Virus record (IMG/VR): IMGVR_UViG_3300021960_000019
Reading direction: 5' to 3' (one strand)
DNA length: 64,000 nt
Origin: a virus
Numbering within the stretch: position 1 is the first letter of the stretch; the number at the start of each line of letters is the position of its first letter. Shown here in pieces: positions 1 to 9,640 of this stretch. A program made the position numbers and the translations under genes. A model generated the notes under the pieces. It was not told the DNA's origin and did not search any database. It worked only from the letters and a program-made list of their open reading frames with translations.

Positions 1-2
1 TA

Positions 3-3000
3 TATTATACCAGTGATGAGGGTGTAATATCTACTACGGTCGGTGGTGGTTCAAAACTTGGTACTGCTATCAACGCAACCTCACTTGCACTAGATTTTAC
101 CGATGAACTTGTGAGTGCAGATTTGGCAACATACGCAACAAAATCATATGTTGCATCACAAGTTCCAAGCCTTACTGGATATGCAACTGAGAATTATGTG
201 GATACAGAAATTGCAAACCTTGTAGATTCTGCTCCGGCAACTCTTGACACTCTCAATGAATTGGCAGCAGCATTAGGTGATGATGCAAACTTCAGCACAA
301 CAATCACCAACCAAATCGCGGCAAAGGCCGATGCATATAGTACTGTATCAGTAACAACTTCTAGTGGAAAATTCTATATTGATGGTGAACAACAATCAAT
401 AGCAACTTTACAGCCAGGAAGAACTTATCGTTTCGATCAGTCAGCTGCATCAAATAACTCACACCCACTTAGATTTTCTGAAGTCGAGGATGGAACACAT
501 GCTGGTGGCGGTGCAACAGAATACACAACAGGTGTAACTGTCAATGGTACTGCTGGTAATGCAGGTGCATATGTTGAGATTGCGGTTACGAATGCTACTC
601 CAAGGTTGTATTATTACTGTGCGAATCACACAGGCATGGGCGGCAAAGTCAGTGTTGGTAAAGAATTGTTTGTTGAACGTATCACATCAGATACGTGGAT
701 AACGGGTCCTATCCAAACTACTTCAGTGAATGTGGGTACTGGTGGACAAATCAATGCGGCACTTGCGACATTGGACTTTACTAATACTACGGTAAATTTT
801 AGTGGTGCAACTATAGCTGGACTTTCAAATTCAGATGTTGGTTTGGCAAATATTGCAGATAATGCTCAGGGAGTGGTTGTTACTGGTAAGGTTGCTGCTG
901 GCAGTTTAGACTTAGGTACTGGTGGTTCTATCAACGCGCAACTTGGAACATTAGACTTTACTCATACTACAGTAAATTTTAGTGGTGCAAACGTAGGTGG
1001 ACTTGGCGATACCATTCAAGATGAAGTAGATTTTCATCTGAATAAAGATAATTCTGCTGGACAGACTATCATATCGGATGGACAAGTACTAAGTTGGAAT
1101 GCCACAGGTGGATTGCAAGGTACAGGTGATTACGAGTGGGTTGCGAGTGCTACTGGTGGGAGTGTAGAAATTAGTGCAACTGCACCATCAAGTCCAAGTC
1201 ACGGAGATATGTGGTTTGATTCTACAAACCTATTAATGTACATATATTATAATGATGGAACATCTTCTCAGTGGGTTCAATCAGGTGGTTCATCTGGTGC
1301 AAATGCAGAAATTACCAATTCAGAAAATCCGCCTAGCGCGCCGGCCGAAGGTGAATTATGGTTTGATACATCAAACTTAATATTGTATGTATATTATAAT
1401 GATGGAACATCTTCTCAGTGGGTTCAAACTAGTGGATTTTCGTCAACTTCTGGTTTAGATGTTTCTGATTTAACAGATACAACAAATCTTCTCTTTGATG
1501 GTCAATATTCAAGTCTTACTGGGGCTCCCACATCATCTACTGCTGGTGCATTAGGTACACTTACAAAAACATTTACACAGAATGAAGAAGCCGAAATAAC
1601 ACTCTCAGAGACTATCTCTCCAGTGCCAAATGTAAGTGTGTTCAAAGAAGTGCCGCAAGGTGGATTGACATCCAAAGGAAATTGGGATGTTAACGCAAAC
1701 GCAACCAATTATGAGTTTTTTGATGAGAAACCAATTTCTTACACTAGTACAACATTAACACCAAGTGCGACAGGCGATGGTACTTTTACGAGTAGTAATC
1801 CTACAGTAGTTGGTTATGATATATCAGGAATATCAAGTGTAGGAGACTATGAAACAGCCACACCAGTGTCACAAGTACCTAGTCCACCTCCAAATGGATA
1901 TACACTTGCAGATTTTGTTATAAGTCCAGATGGCACAAAGATTATAATTGTGTCAGCACAACGTATGCACGAATTTACAATGAGTACTGCATATGACATA
2001 ACTAGTGCATCTTGGACGCAAAGATATGATTATGATGCATATAACCCTTCTACTTGGGGGGGATATGGATTTTTTGAATTAGGAGATAGTGGTAGTAAAT
2101 TATACATGGCGGATTGGTCAAATCATAAAATTGACCAATTCACATTATCAACACCATATTCTCTTGGAAACGGCGCTTCAGATGTTTCGTTCTCTGGCCA
2201 AGTAACTGGTATGAATAACAGTGGATCGAACCAAACACAAAATGGTATGTATGTAAAAGATAGTACTACTGTCTTTATAATGAAAGACGATGTTAGTGGC
2301 AACCAGGCTATAATCGAAGAATGGATTATGTCAACCGCTTGGGATATCACCACACTCAGTTATAACAATAAAACTAAAAGTATAACGGGGCAACGTGGAA
2401 CTGATATGACCTTTTCGTCAGATGGTTTGACTATGTTTATATCAGATGTGTTTGGTAGTGGAACTCTGAAATATTTTAGTCTAGGTACAGCGTGGGATAT
2501 TAGCACAATTAATACTACAGGAACTACATTTACAAACCCTGCATTAACAAATTCAACACCTCAGGCTATTAACTTTTCCAAGAGTGGTACTAAATTATAT
2601 ATGGCAGATGGAACTAAAATATATGAACAAGATACTGGTTATGGTGAAGTATTTTCATCTACAGATGTAGGTAAGAGAGTTGTAGGTAACTCTGGATCTA
2701 CTATAATTACATCTACTGCTGGCGCATATAAGTCAGTAACAGCATTTGCAGACACTTCTGCAATTTCTTCTTGGCAACTATTTGGTACTGAAGGTAAGGC
2801 TGATGGATCTGGTATTGAATTAAGTGGTTTTCAGAATGGATATGATATTGCAAATGCGAGTTATGACAATGTAAGTTTTAGTCTACAAGCACAAGATTCG
2901 GCATCAGCACCACAGAATACATTTACTGGTCCAAAGTCACTAAGATTTAACAATGACGGCACAAAAATGTATTTTGTTGCCGGCAACTCATTAGATCATA

Positions 3001-5108
3001 TTTTTGAATACGATCTTTCAACTGCATGGGATTTGAGTAGTGCATCATATAATAACTCAAATCTTGTTGTAACTTCACAGACCAGTCAACCTGCTGGTAT
3101 TGAATTTAGTTCAGATGGAACTAAATTGTTCTTGATTGACACGGATCAAGACAAAATTTGGAAATATAATCTTTCGACTGCATGGGATTTAAGTTCTGCT
3201 TCATATAGTAATAACCAAACTCCAGGCGATATATTACGAAATCTAGATTCCAAACCTGGCGGATTGGTTATAAATTCAGATGGTACAAAAATTCTTTGGT
3301 TGGGAATGAGTAATGAGAGAGTTTATCAAATGACACTTTCTACTGCATATGATCTCAGTACTGCAAGTATGGACACTAAATTGAATGGCCTTGATGCTGC
3401 ATACGTTGATGTTAGTGCTCACGGAACATCGATGACCGATATTAACATTAGTTCAGACGGTAAAAAACTATTTTTAGTTAATGGCTACGGAACTACAGGA
3501 ATATTTCAATATGACCTCGCAAATCCATATGAAATAAACGATGGTTCTACTAATTCAAATCAAGGAACTGCATCATATAACAACATATCTTTTTCATTCC
3601 CACAAGATGGAAGGCCTTCTTCTGTAGCATTTGATACTCTTGGAACCAAGATGTATGCTGTAGGATTGGACAATGATACAGTCTATCAATATTCTACTGG
3701 TGAAGTTGCAACTCCATACTCTCAATACTTTCCAGCACTGACTACCACAGGTGGTCAAATCAATTCATCATCGTGGGCTGATCTCGATTCTATGGTTGCA
3801 GATGAAACCAAGAATGATGGTGATGTTTTCTACGCAGTTTCTACAGATGACAGAACATCTTGGGGTGTTATCAAGGATGGAGATGGTGTTAGAAAGATTG
3901 CAAGAAACAACTCTGGCACTTGGCAGTATAATAATGATGCTGGAACTTCTGTTAATATATCTTATGATATAGCCAACGCCGTATCTGATAGTGTAAGTTA
4001 TACGCCAAGCAATCCAGCGTTTAGTTCTGTAATGGCTTATACATTTAATTCAGACGGCACAAAATTGTACTCTGTTGTTCAAGGAAGCCCGTGGCAACAC
4101 GAACTCTCAACGGCATTTGACATATCTACTGCTAGTTCTATAGGTTATAATTATACAGCAGATATACAAGAAAGCAATGCCCGATTTGTCACTTTTAATC
4201 CAGCAGGAACTAAAATGTATCTTGGTGGAGTTGTTAATAATACCATATATCAATATAGTCTCACTGGCGCATTCGATCTTTCCGGCTCATCAGTGTCTAG
4301 AGATACAAGCAAGACATTCACTATTACTAATAATTCTCCTGGCACAGCGAGCGTCAGTTTGAATGGAATGATATTTAATAATGATGGTACAAAAATGTAT
4401 ATCACTAACTCCGATAGGATTGAGCAATATAGCCTATCAACTGCTTACGATATATCAACTGCTAGTTATGACTCTATAAATGTTGTTGTTGCCACGGGCG
4501 ATTTTCCAACCGACACCAAATTTAACAGCGATGGAACTAAACTATTTATTATAGGTTCAGTTACTGATTCAGTTCATCAATATAGCCTTTCAACCGCATA
4601 TGATTTAAGTACAATTTCTTATGATAGTATTAGTTTTAGCGTATCAGGAACCATCTCCAATCCTAGAAGTTTAAACTTTAATAATGATGGTTCAAAAATG
4701 TATATCAGTCATCTGAGTGGTGGGGCGATATATCAATACACTACTAGCGGAACCCAAATTGTGTATGATACATCAGAAACTTGGGTAGATGGTACAAACA
4801 ACAACGAACACGCAACACTCCAAGAAGCTCTTGGCGCTCAGTCATTCAACAGAATGGACAAGGCACAACTCCAAGCAGTCACAGATCCAAACCACTATGT
4901 TCTTGGAGACACATTAGACTTAATGATTGCGCCATATGCGGCATCTGGCACATCTCCACTATCAGATGGTGTTACTATTGGATATCAGGCAGATGCATTG
5001 ATAAAACAAGCAATCAATGGTACTGATTATGAAGCAGAGTTTCCAGCAACAAACAAAGTAAAGATCAAATCTCTTGCAGCACAAAACTTAAAAATAAGAA
5101 TAATATAA
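3..5108 (+). CDS. Large virion structural/tail fibre protein, 5'-truncated; cupredoxin-like domain, GDxWFD repeats and beta-propeller-type repeats
   Basis: Frame is open from nt 3, upstream of the track start at 111. S/T/G-rich, contains the fibre-typical motif APATLDTLNELAAALGDD and repeated (Y/F)xLSTA(W/Y)DxS blades, and lies just upstream of gp13. Confidence 0.8.
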   Translation, partial: YYTSDEGVISTTVGGGSKLGTAINATSLALDFTDELVSADLATYATKSYVASQVPSLTGYATENYVDTEIANLVDSAPATLDTLNELAAALGDDANFSTTITNQIAAKADAYSTVSVTTSSGKFYIDGEQQSIATLQPGRTYRFDQSAASNNSHPLRFSEVEDGTHAGGGATEYTTGVTVNGTAGNAGAYVEIAVTNATPRLYYYCANHTGMGGKVSVGKELFVERITSDTWITGPIQTTSVNVGTGGQINAALATLDFTNTTVNFSGATIAGLSNSDVGLANIADNAQGVVVTGKVAAGSLDLGTGGSINAQLGTLDFTHTTVNFSGANVGGLGDTIQDEVDFHLNKDNSAGQTIISDGQVLSWNATGGLQGTGDYEWVASATGGSVEISATAPSSPSHGDMWFDSTNLLMYIYYNDGTSSQWVQSGGSSGANAEITNSENPPSAPAEGELWFDTSNLILYVYYNDGTSSQWVQTSGFSSTSGLDVSDLTDTTNLLFDGQYSSLTGAPTSSTAGALGTLTKTFTQNEEAEITLSETISPVPNVSVFKEVPQGGLTSKGNWDVNANATNYEFFDEKPISYTSTTLTPSATGDGTFTSSNPTVVGYDISGISSVGDYETATPVSQVPSPPPNGYTLADFVISPDGTKIIIVSAQRMHEFTMSTAYDITSASWTQRYDYDAYNPSTWGGYGFFELGDSGSKLYMADWSNHKIDQFTLSTPYSLGNGASDVSFSGQVTGMNNSGSNQTQNGMYVKDSTTVFIMKDDVSGNQAIIEEWIMSTAWDITTLSYNNKTKSITGQRGTDMTFSSDGLTMFISDVFGSGTLKYFSLGTAWDISTINTTGTTFTNPALTNSTPQAINFSKSGTKLYMADGTKIYEQDTGYGEVFSSTDVGKRVVGNSGSTIITSTAGAYKSVTAFADTSAISSWQLFGTEGKADGSGIELSGFQNGYDIANASYDNVSFSLQAQDSASAPQNTFTGPKSLRFNNDGTKMYFVAGNSLDHIFEYDLSTAWDLSSASYNNSNLVVTSQTSQPAGIEFSSDGTKLFLIDTDQDKIWKYNLSTAWDLSSASYSNNQTPGDILRNLDSKPGGLVINSDGTKILWLGMSNERVYQMTLSTAYDLSTASMDTKLNGLDAAYVDVSAHGTSMTDINISSDGKKLFLVNGYGTTGIFQYDLANPYEINDGSTNSNQGTASYNNISFSFPQDGRPSSVAFDTLGTKMYAVGLDNDTVYQYSTGEVATPYSQYFPALTTTGGQINSSSWADLDSMVADETKNDGDVFYAVSTDDRTSWGVIKDGDGVRKIARNNSGTWQYNNDAGTSVNISYDIANAVSDSVSYTPSNPAFSSVMAYTFNSDGTKLYSVVQGSPWQHELSTAFDISTASSIGYNYTADIQESNARFVTFNPAGTKMYLGGVVNNTIYQYSLTGAFDLSGSSVSRDTSKTFTITNNSPGTASVSLNGMIFNNDGTKMYITNSDRIEQYSLSTAYDISTASYDSINVVVATGDFPTDTKFNSDGTKLFIIGSVTDSVHQYSLSTAYDLSTISYDSISFSVSGTISNPRSLNFNNDGSKMYISHLSGGAIYQYTTSGTQIVYDTSETWVDGTNNNEHATLQEALGAQSFNRMDKAQLQAVTDPNHYVLGDTLDLMIAPYAASGTSPLSDGVTIGYQADALIKQAINGTDYEAEFPATNKVKIKSLAAQNLKIRII
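1243..1427 (+). repeat. 38-bp exact direct repeat (1243-1280 and 1390-1427) encoding YYNDGTSSQWVQ
   Basis: TATATTATAATGATGGAACATCTTCTCAGTGGGTTCAA read twice; 25 nt of it recur at 53465-53489. Confidence 0.9.
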
Positions 5109-5127
5109 AACAACAAACTTAAAAACA

Positions 5128-5135
5128 TATAAATA
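5128..5135 (+). promoter_or_regulatory. T4-type late promoter TATAAATA (gp13)
   Basis: Exact gp55 consensus in the intergenic gap. Confidence 0.85.
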
Positions 5136-5160
5136 GTCGTATAAACCAAGAGGTACGACT

Positions 5161-5907
5161 ATGGCAATTGTTACAACTAGGACTGAATTCAAAAATTATT
5201 GTCTAAGAAAACTAGGCTCACCAGTAATACAAGTTAATGTTGCTGATGAACAGGTTGAAGATAGAATTGATGATGCCTTTGAATATTATAGAGATTATCA
5301 TTATGACGCAGTAGAGGATGTTTTTTTAAAGCATCAAATTACTGCAGATGATATTACAAATAAATGGATTCCTATTCCAAACACTATTATTGGAGTTAAA
5401 CAAGTTTTACCATTATACGAAAGTGGTAAAACTGCTATGAATATGTTTGATGTTAGATATCAAATGTTTTTAAATGATATCTATAATCTTTCAAGTACAG
5501 AAATGTTAACATATGAATTAACACAATCTCACATTCAAATGGTTAATGATATGTTAGATGGTCGTCCACAAATTAGATATAATCGACATCTAAATAAGTT
5601 GAATATAGATATTGATTGGTCAGATGCAATTTCTGAAGGTGAATATATTATTGTAGAAGCGACAAAAGTTATTGACCCAGACACATATCCAGATGTTTGG
5701 AACGATAGGTGGTTAAAAAGATATGCAACAGCACTTATTAAAAAACAATGGGGGGAAAATCTTTCCAAGTATGAAGGCGTTACAATGCCTGGTGGAGTTA
5801 CTTTTAATGGACAAAGAATTATCGATGAAGCATCAGAGGAAATCACTAGACTTGAAGAAGAAATGAGTTTAAGTTATGAACTTCCAGTTGATATAATGAT
5901 CGGGTAA
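5161..5907 (+). CDS. gp13: Neck protein gp13
   Basis: YCLRKLGSPVIQVNV and KKQWGENLSKY..PGGVTFNG motifs; synteny. Confidence 0.9.
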   Translation: MAIVTTRTEFKNYCLRKLGSPVIQVNVADEQVEDRIDDAFEYYRDYHYDAVEDVFLKHQITADDITNKWIPIPNTIIGVKQVLPLYESGKTAMNMFDVRYQMFLNDIYNLSSTEMLTYELTQSHIQMVNDMLDGRPQIRYNRHLNKLNIDIDWSDAISEGEYIIVEATKVIDPDTYPDVWNDRWLKRYATALIKKQWGENLSKYEGVTMPGGVTFNGQRIIDEASEEITRLEEEMSLSYELPVDIMIG

Positions 5908-5911
5908 TATT

Positions 5912-6769
5912 ATGGCGACTAACCAATATTTTAATACAACATCTGTTACTTCTGAACAAAGTTTGGTGGAAAATCTTGTAGTAGAGTCCATTCAAATTCA
6001 TGGGCAAGATTTTTACTATATTAAAAGAGATTTGGTTAATGCAGACACAGTGTTTAACGAAGATACATTATCAAAATATGAAACTGCATGGCAAATTGAA
6101 ATGTATATAGAAGATACTGATGGATTTCAAGGAGAAGGCGATTTCCTTTCTAAATTTGGACTTGAAGTTAGAGATCAACTTAATGTTGTCGTATCCAAAA
6201 AAAGATTTGCAGAAGAAAAACCAGATTATGATACTCCCAGAGAAGGTGATTTAATATACTGGCCATTAGTAGATAAAATATTTGAGATTCAATTTGTAGA
6301 AGATGAGGCCTCGTTTTATCAATTAGGTAAAATTTATGTATATAGATTACAAACAGAAGTCTGGGAATATTCGCACGAATCTATAAATACTGGAATTGAC
6401 GAAATTGATGATATTGTAGATACTCATATGTTCTCTGTTGATATGACGTTGGGTACAGGTGCTGGGGATTACACAGTTGGTGAACAAGTATATCAAGGAA
6501 GTACATTAGAAACTGCAGATGCAAAAGGACAGGTTGTTACATGGAATGCCGGCACTAAAGTTTTAAAGGTAAATCATCTCACTGGCGACTTTACAAGTAA
6601 TGTCAACGTTATAGGAGCTCAGTCTAATACTTCTTATTTATTGGGTGCAACACAGGAGTTGATATATACACAAGATAGAACTGTGGATAATGATATATTT
6701 ACTACATCAGCACAGGCAGATGATATTATTGACTTTTCAGTAACAAATCCATTTAGTGAGGGTTATTAA
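5912..6769 (+). CDS. gp14: Neck protein gp14
   Basis: EQSLVENLVVESIQIHG, FLSKFGL, PREGDLIY and C-terminal DFSVTNPFSE; synteny. Confidence 0.9.
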   Translation: MATNQYFNTTSVTSEQSLVENLVVESIQIHGQDFYYIKRDLVNADTVFNEDTLSKYETAWQIEMYIEDTDGFQGEGDFLSKFGLEVRDQLNVVVSKKRFAEEKPDYDTPREGDLIYWPLVDKIFEIQFVEDEASFYQLGKIYVYRLQTEVWEYSHESINTGIDEIDDIVDTHMFSVDMTLGTGAGDYTVGEQVYQGSTLETADAKGQVVTWNAGTKVLKVNHLTGDFTSNVNVIGAQSNTSYLLGATQELIYTQDRTVDNDIFTTSAQADDIIDFSVTNPFSEGY

Positions 6770-7494
6770 TGTTAGGTAAAGTACCACAGTATAGAAGTAC
6801 CATTAGAAATTATGTAATTGCATTTGGTGAAATATTTAATGATATCACCATTGAAAGAAAAGATTCTACTGGAGCTGTAGAAAAATATATTAAAGTTCCT
6901 TTGTCATATGGGCCTACAGAGAAATTTTTAAGTAGATTAGAGGCAAATTCATCCAATAATGAAGTCGCAATAGTATTGCCTAGAATGTCATTTGAAATAG
7001 CGGGGATTTCATACGATCCTACTAGAAAAAGAAATAAACTTCGTGGTGTAAGAAAACCAAAAGAGTTAGGAAGTACATCTAGTGATTTTATTTATAACCC
7101 TGTACCATATGATATAGATTTTACATTATCGTTAATGGTTAAAAATGCAGAAGATGGAACACAAATTTTAGAACAAATACTTCCATTTTTTACACCATCT
7201 TTTAACGTACCAATAAAAGAAGTTGCTGAATTTGATGTTGTCAATGACACACCATTCATATTAAATTCAGTAGATGTGCAAGATGATTATGAGGGAGATT
7301 ATCTTACTAGAAGATCTTTAATTTGGAGTTTAGGATTTACAGTCAAAGGACACATTTGGGGTGGTTCGGGTTCTAAGGATGTTATCAATACCGCAATTAC
7401 TAATATTTCTGAAATAGATGGTAATGAAACTCGACAGTTGAGTACTGCAACAGTACCTAATGATTTTGGTTTCGGAGCAGACCTTCCAGAATAA
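6769..7494 (+). CDS. gp15: Tail sheath stabiliser/terminator gp15
   Basis: KVPLSYGP, LPRMSFE and QILEQILPFF motifs; synteny. Confidence 0.9.
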   Translation: MLGKVPQYRSTIRNYVIAFGEIFNDITIERKDSTGAVEKYIKVPLSYGPTEKFLSRLEANSSNNEVAIVLPRMSFEIAGISYDPTRKRNKLRGVRKPKELGSTSSDFIYNPVPYDIDFTLSLMVKNAEDGTQILEQILPFFTPSFNVPIKEVAEFDVVNDTPFILNSVDVQDDYEGDYLTRRSLIWSLGFTVKGHIWGGSGSKDVINTAITNISEIDGNETRQLSTATVPNDFGFGADLPE

Positions 7495-7946
7495 TGGAGA
7501 ATGATATGAGTGATAAAGAAATAGATTCAAAATTAAATGAAGTTTTAGAAGTGAAAGATGATGATTATCATCCCATAGAAATTCAGTCTAATACAGAACT
7601 GGAATATATAGACACGTCAGAAGAAAGAAATCATGATATTAAGAATGATTACGAATTTCGTAGAGAAAAATTATATCAATTAGTTTCAAAAGGCGAAGAT
7701 GCATTAGAAAATCTTTTAGTACTTGCAAAAGAATCAGATCACCCAAGAGCATATGAAGTTTTTGGACAACTCATGAAAGCAAATATGGATGCTGTTAAGG
7801 ATTTAACGGATCTGCAAAAAGATATGAATAAAATAGAAAATGAAAAAGGTGGCAAAGGCCCGAATAAAGTTGTTAATAATAATTCAGTATTCGTAGGTAA
7901 TACCAATGAGTTGTTAGAGATGTTAAAGGGTAAAAATAGAGAATGA
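7494..7946 (+). CDS. gp16: Terminase small subunit gp16
   Basis: HPRAYEV and NNSVFVGNT motifs; directly upstream of gp17. Confidence 0.9.
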   Translation: MENDMSDKEIDSKLNEVLEVKDDDYHPIEIQSNTELEYIDTSEERNHDIKNDYEFRREKLYQLVSKGEDALENLLVLAKESDHPRAYEVFGQLMKANMDAVKDLTDLQKDMNKIENEKGGKGPNKVVNNNSVFVGNTNELLEMLKGKNRE

Positions 7947-9553
7947 GTGAATTCTATAACAACAATCCGAATTTAAAAGCTGCTGGAATTAATATAGAAT
8001 GGACAGAAGAGCAGGCCAAAGAATATGTAAAGTGTATGGATGATCCTGTTTACTTTATTAAAACATATATGAAAATTGTTAATGTTGATACTGGACTTGT
8101 AAATTTTGATCTTTATCCTTTTCAAGAAAATATGGTTCAAAACTTTTACGATAATAGATTTACTATTTGTAAAATCGGTAGACAGTCTGGTAAGTCAATT
8201 ACATGTATTGCATTCTTTTTACACTACATATTATTTAATAAAGATGTTTCTGTTGCACTACTTGCAAACAAACTTGCAACCGCGAGAGAATTATTGGGTA
8301 GATTACAGATGGCATATGAACATCTACCTAAATGGTTACAGCAAGGGGTTGTTGTTTGGAATAAAGGTAATATAGAATTAGAAAATGGTGCAAAAGTTAT
8401 GGCCGCCGCGACATCATCTAGTGCAATTCGTGGTGGTTCTTTTAACATTCTTTTCCTAGACGAATTTGCATTTGTTCCGAACGAACTTGCAGAAGAATTT
8501 TTTAACTCAGTTTATCCTACAATTTCATCTGGACAATCTACAAAAGTTATTATTGTATCTACTCCACAAGGTATGAATCATTTTTATAAACTATGGAGTG
8601 ATGCAACGGAAGGTAGAAATACGTATGTACCTATAGAAGTACATTGGTCAGAAGTGCCGGGCAGAGATGAAAACTGGAAGGCAATGACAATAAAGAATAC
8701 AAGTGAACAACAGTTTAAACAAGAGTTTGATACAGAGTTCCTTGGTTCAACCAACACACTTATTAATACTGCAAAATTAAAAAATCTAGTATTTAAAAAT
8801 CCTAAGAAAAAGAATAATGGAGTTTTATACTACGACTTACCAAGAGAACAACATCAATATTTTTTAACTGTTGATGTTGCAAGAGGTCGTGGGGGTGATT
8901 ATTCTGCATTTTCAGTATTTGATGCATCAGAAATGCCGTTTAAACAAGTTGCAACATTTAGAAACAATGAAATTCCGCCCCTAGTTTTTCCAAATATTAT
9001 TAAAAATGTTGCTAGACTATATAATGATGCATATATTTTGGTTGAAATAAATGATGTCGGACAACAAGTCAGTGACATTCTTTATCATGAACATGAGTAT
9101 GAGAATATGATTACTGTACAAACAGACCCAAGAAAAGGACAAAGTATATCTGGTGGGTTTGGTAAGTCTTATACAATAGGAATTAGAACAACAAAGGCAA
9201 CGAAGAAAACAGGTTGTTTTAACCTAAAAAGTTTAATAGAAGAAGATAAACTATTAATTGCAGATTTTGAAACTATAAATGAACTTTCATCATTTGTCTC
9301 TAAAGGACATAAGTTTGAGGCAGAAGCCGATAGGACAGATGACATGGTAGATACTTTGATATTATTTTCGTGGATGACTACAGAAGTTTATTTTAAGGAT
9401 TTATGTGATAAGGATACAAGACAAGAAATATACGAAGAAAGACTACGTATGTTGGAAGAAAATATGTTGCCTTTTGGTTTTGTCCATTCTGGCGCAGAGA
9501 TTGAGACTTTTGTAGACTCAGATGGCGATAGATGGTTTGGTAACGATCATTAA
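7943..9553 (+). CDS. gp17: Terminase large subunit gp17
   Basis: Walker A GRQSGKS, Walker B LFLDEFAF, nuclease DVARGRGGDYS and DDMVD. Confidence 0.97.
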   Translation: MSEFYNNNPNLKAAGINIEWTEEQAKEYVKCMDDPVYFIKTYMKIVNVDTGLVNFDLYPFQENMVQNFYDNRFTICKIGRQSGKSITCIAFFLHYILFNKDVSVALLANKLATARELLGRLQMAYEHLPKWLQQGVVVWNKGNIELENGAKVMAAATSSSAIRGGSFNILFLDEFAFVPNELAEEFFNSVYPTISSGQSTKVIIVSTPQGMNHFYKLWSDATEGRNTYVPIEVHWSEVPGRDENWKAMTIKNTSEQQFKQEFDTEFLGSTNTLINTAKLKNLVFKNPKKKNNGVLYYDLPREQHQYFLTVDVARGRGGDYSAFSVFDASEMPFKQVATFRNNEIPPLVFPNIIKNVARLYNDAYILVEINDVGQQVSDILYHEHEYENMITVQTDPRKGQSISGGFGKSYTIGIRTTKATKKTGCFNLKSLIEEDKLLIADFETINELSSFVSKGHKFEAEADRTDDMVDTLILFSWMTTEVYFKDLCDKDTRQEIYEERLRMLEENMLPFGFVHSGAEIETFVDSDGDRWFGNDH

Positions 9554-9564
9554 ATCATATTTTT

Positions 9565-9572
9565 TATAAATA
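9565..9572 (+). promoter_or_regulatory. Late promoter TATAAATA (gp18)
   Basis: Exact consensus, intergenic. Confidence 0.85.
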
Positions 9573-9640
9573 AATTATGAAACATACAAAAAGAGTTGAT
9601 TTTAACAAAACTAAAACTATTAATATAGAGGAGATGAAAA

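Noticed and set aside
1243-1427. 38-bp direct repeats as a possible CRISPR array
   Set aside because: Only two adjacent copies, in frame within a coding repeat, and the intervening DNA is itself homologous; no cas genes.
6382-6389. Intragenic TATAAATA copies (also 14125 and 18234)
   Set aside because: They may be real internal late promoters but can arise by chance in AT-rich coding DNA; not supportable alone.
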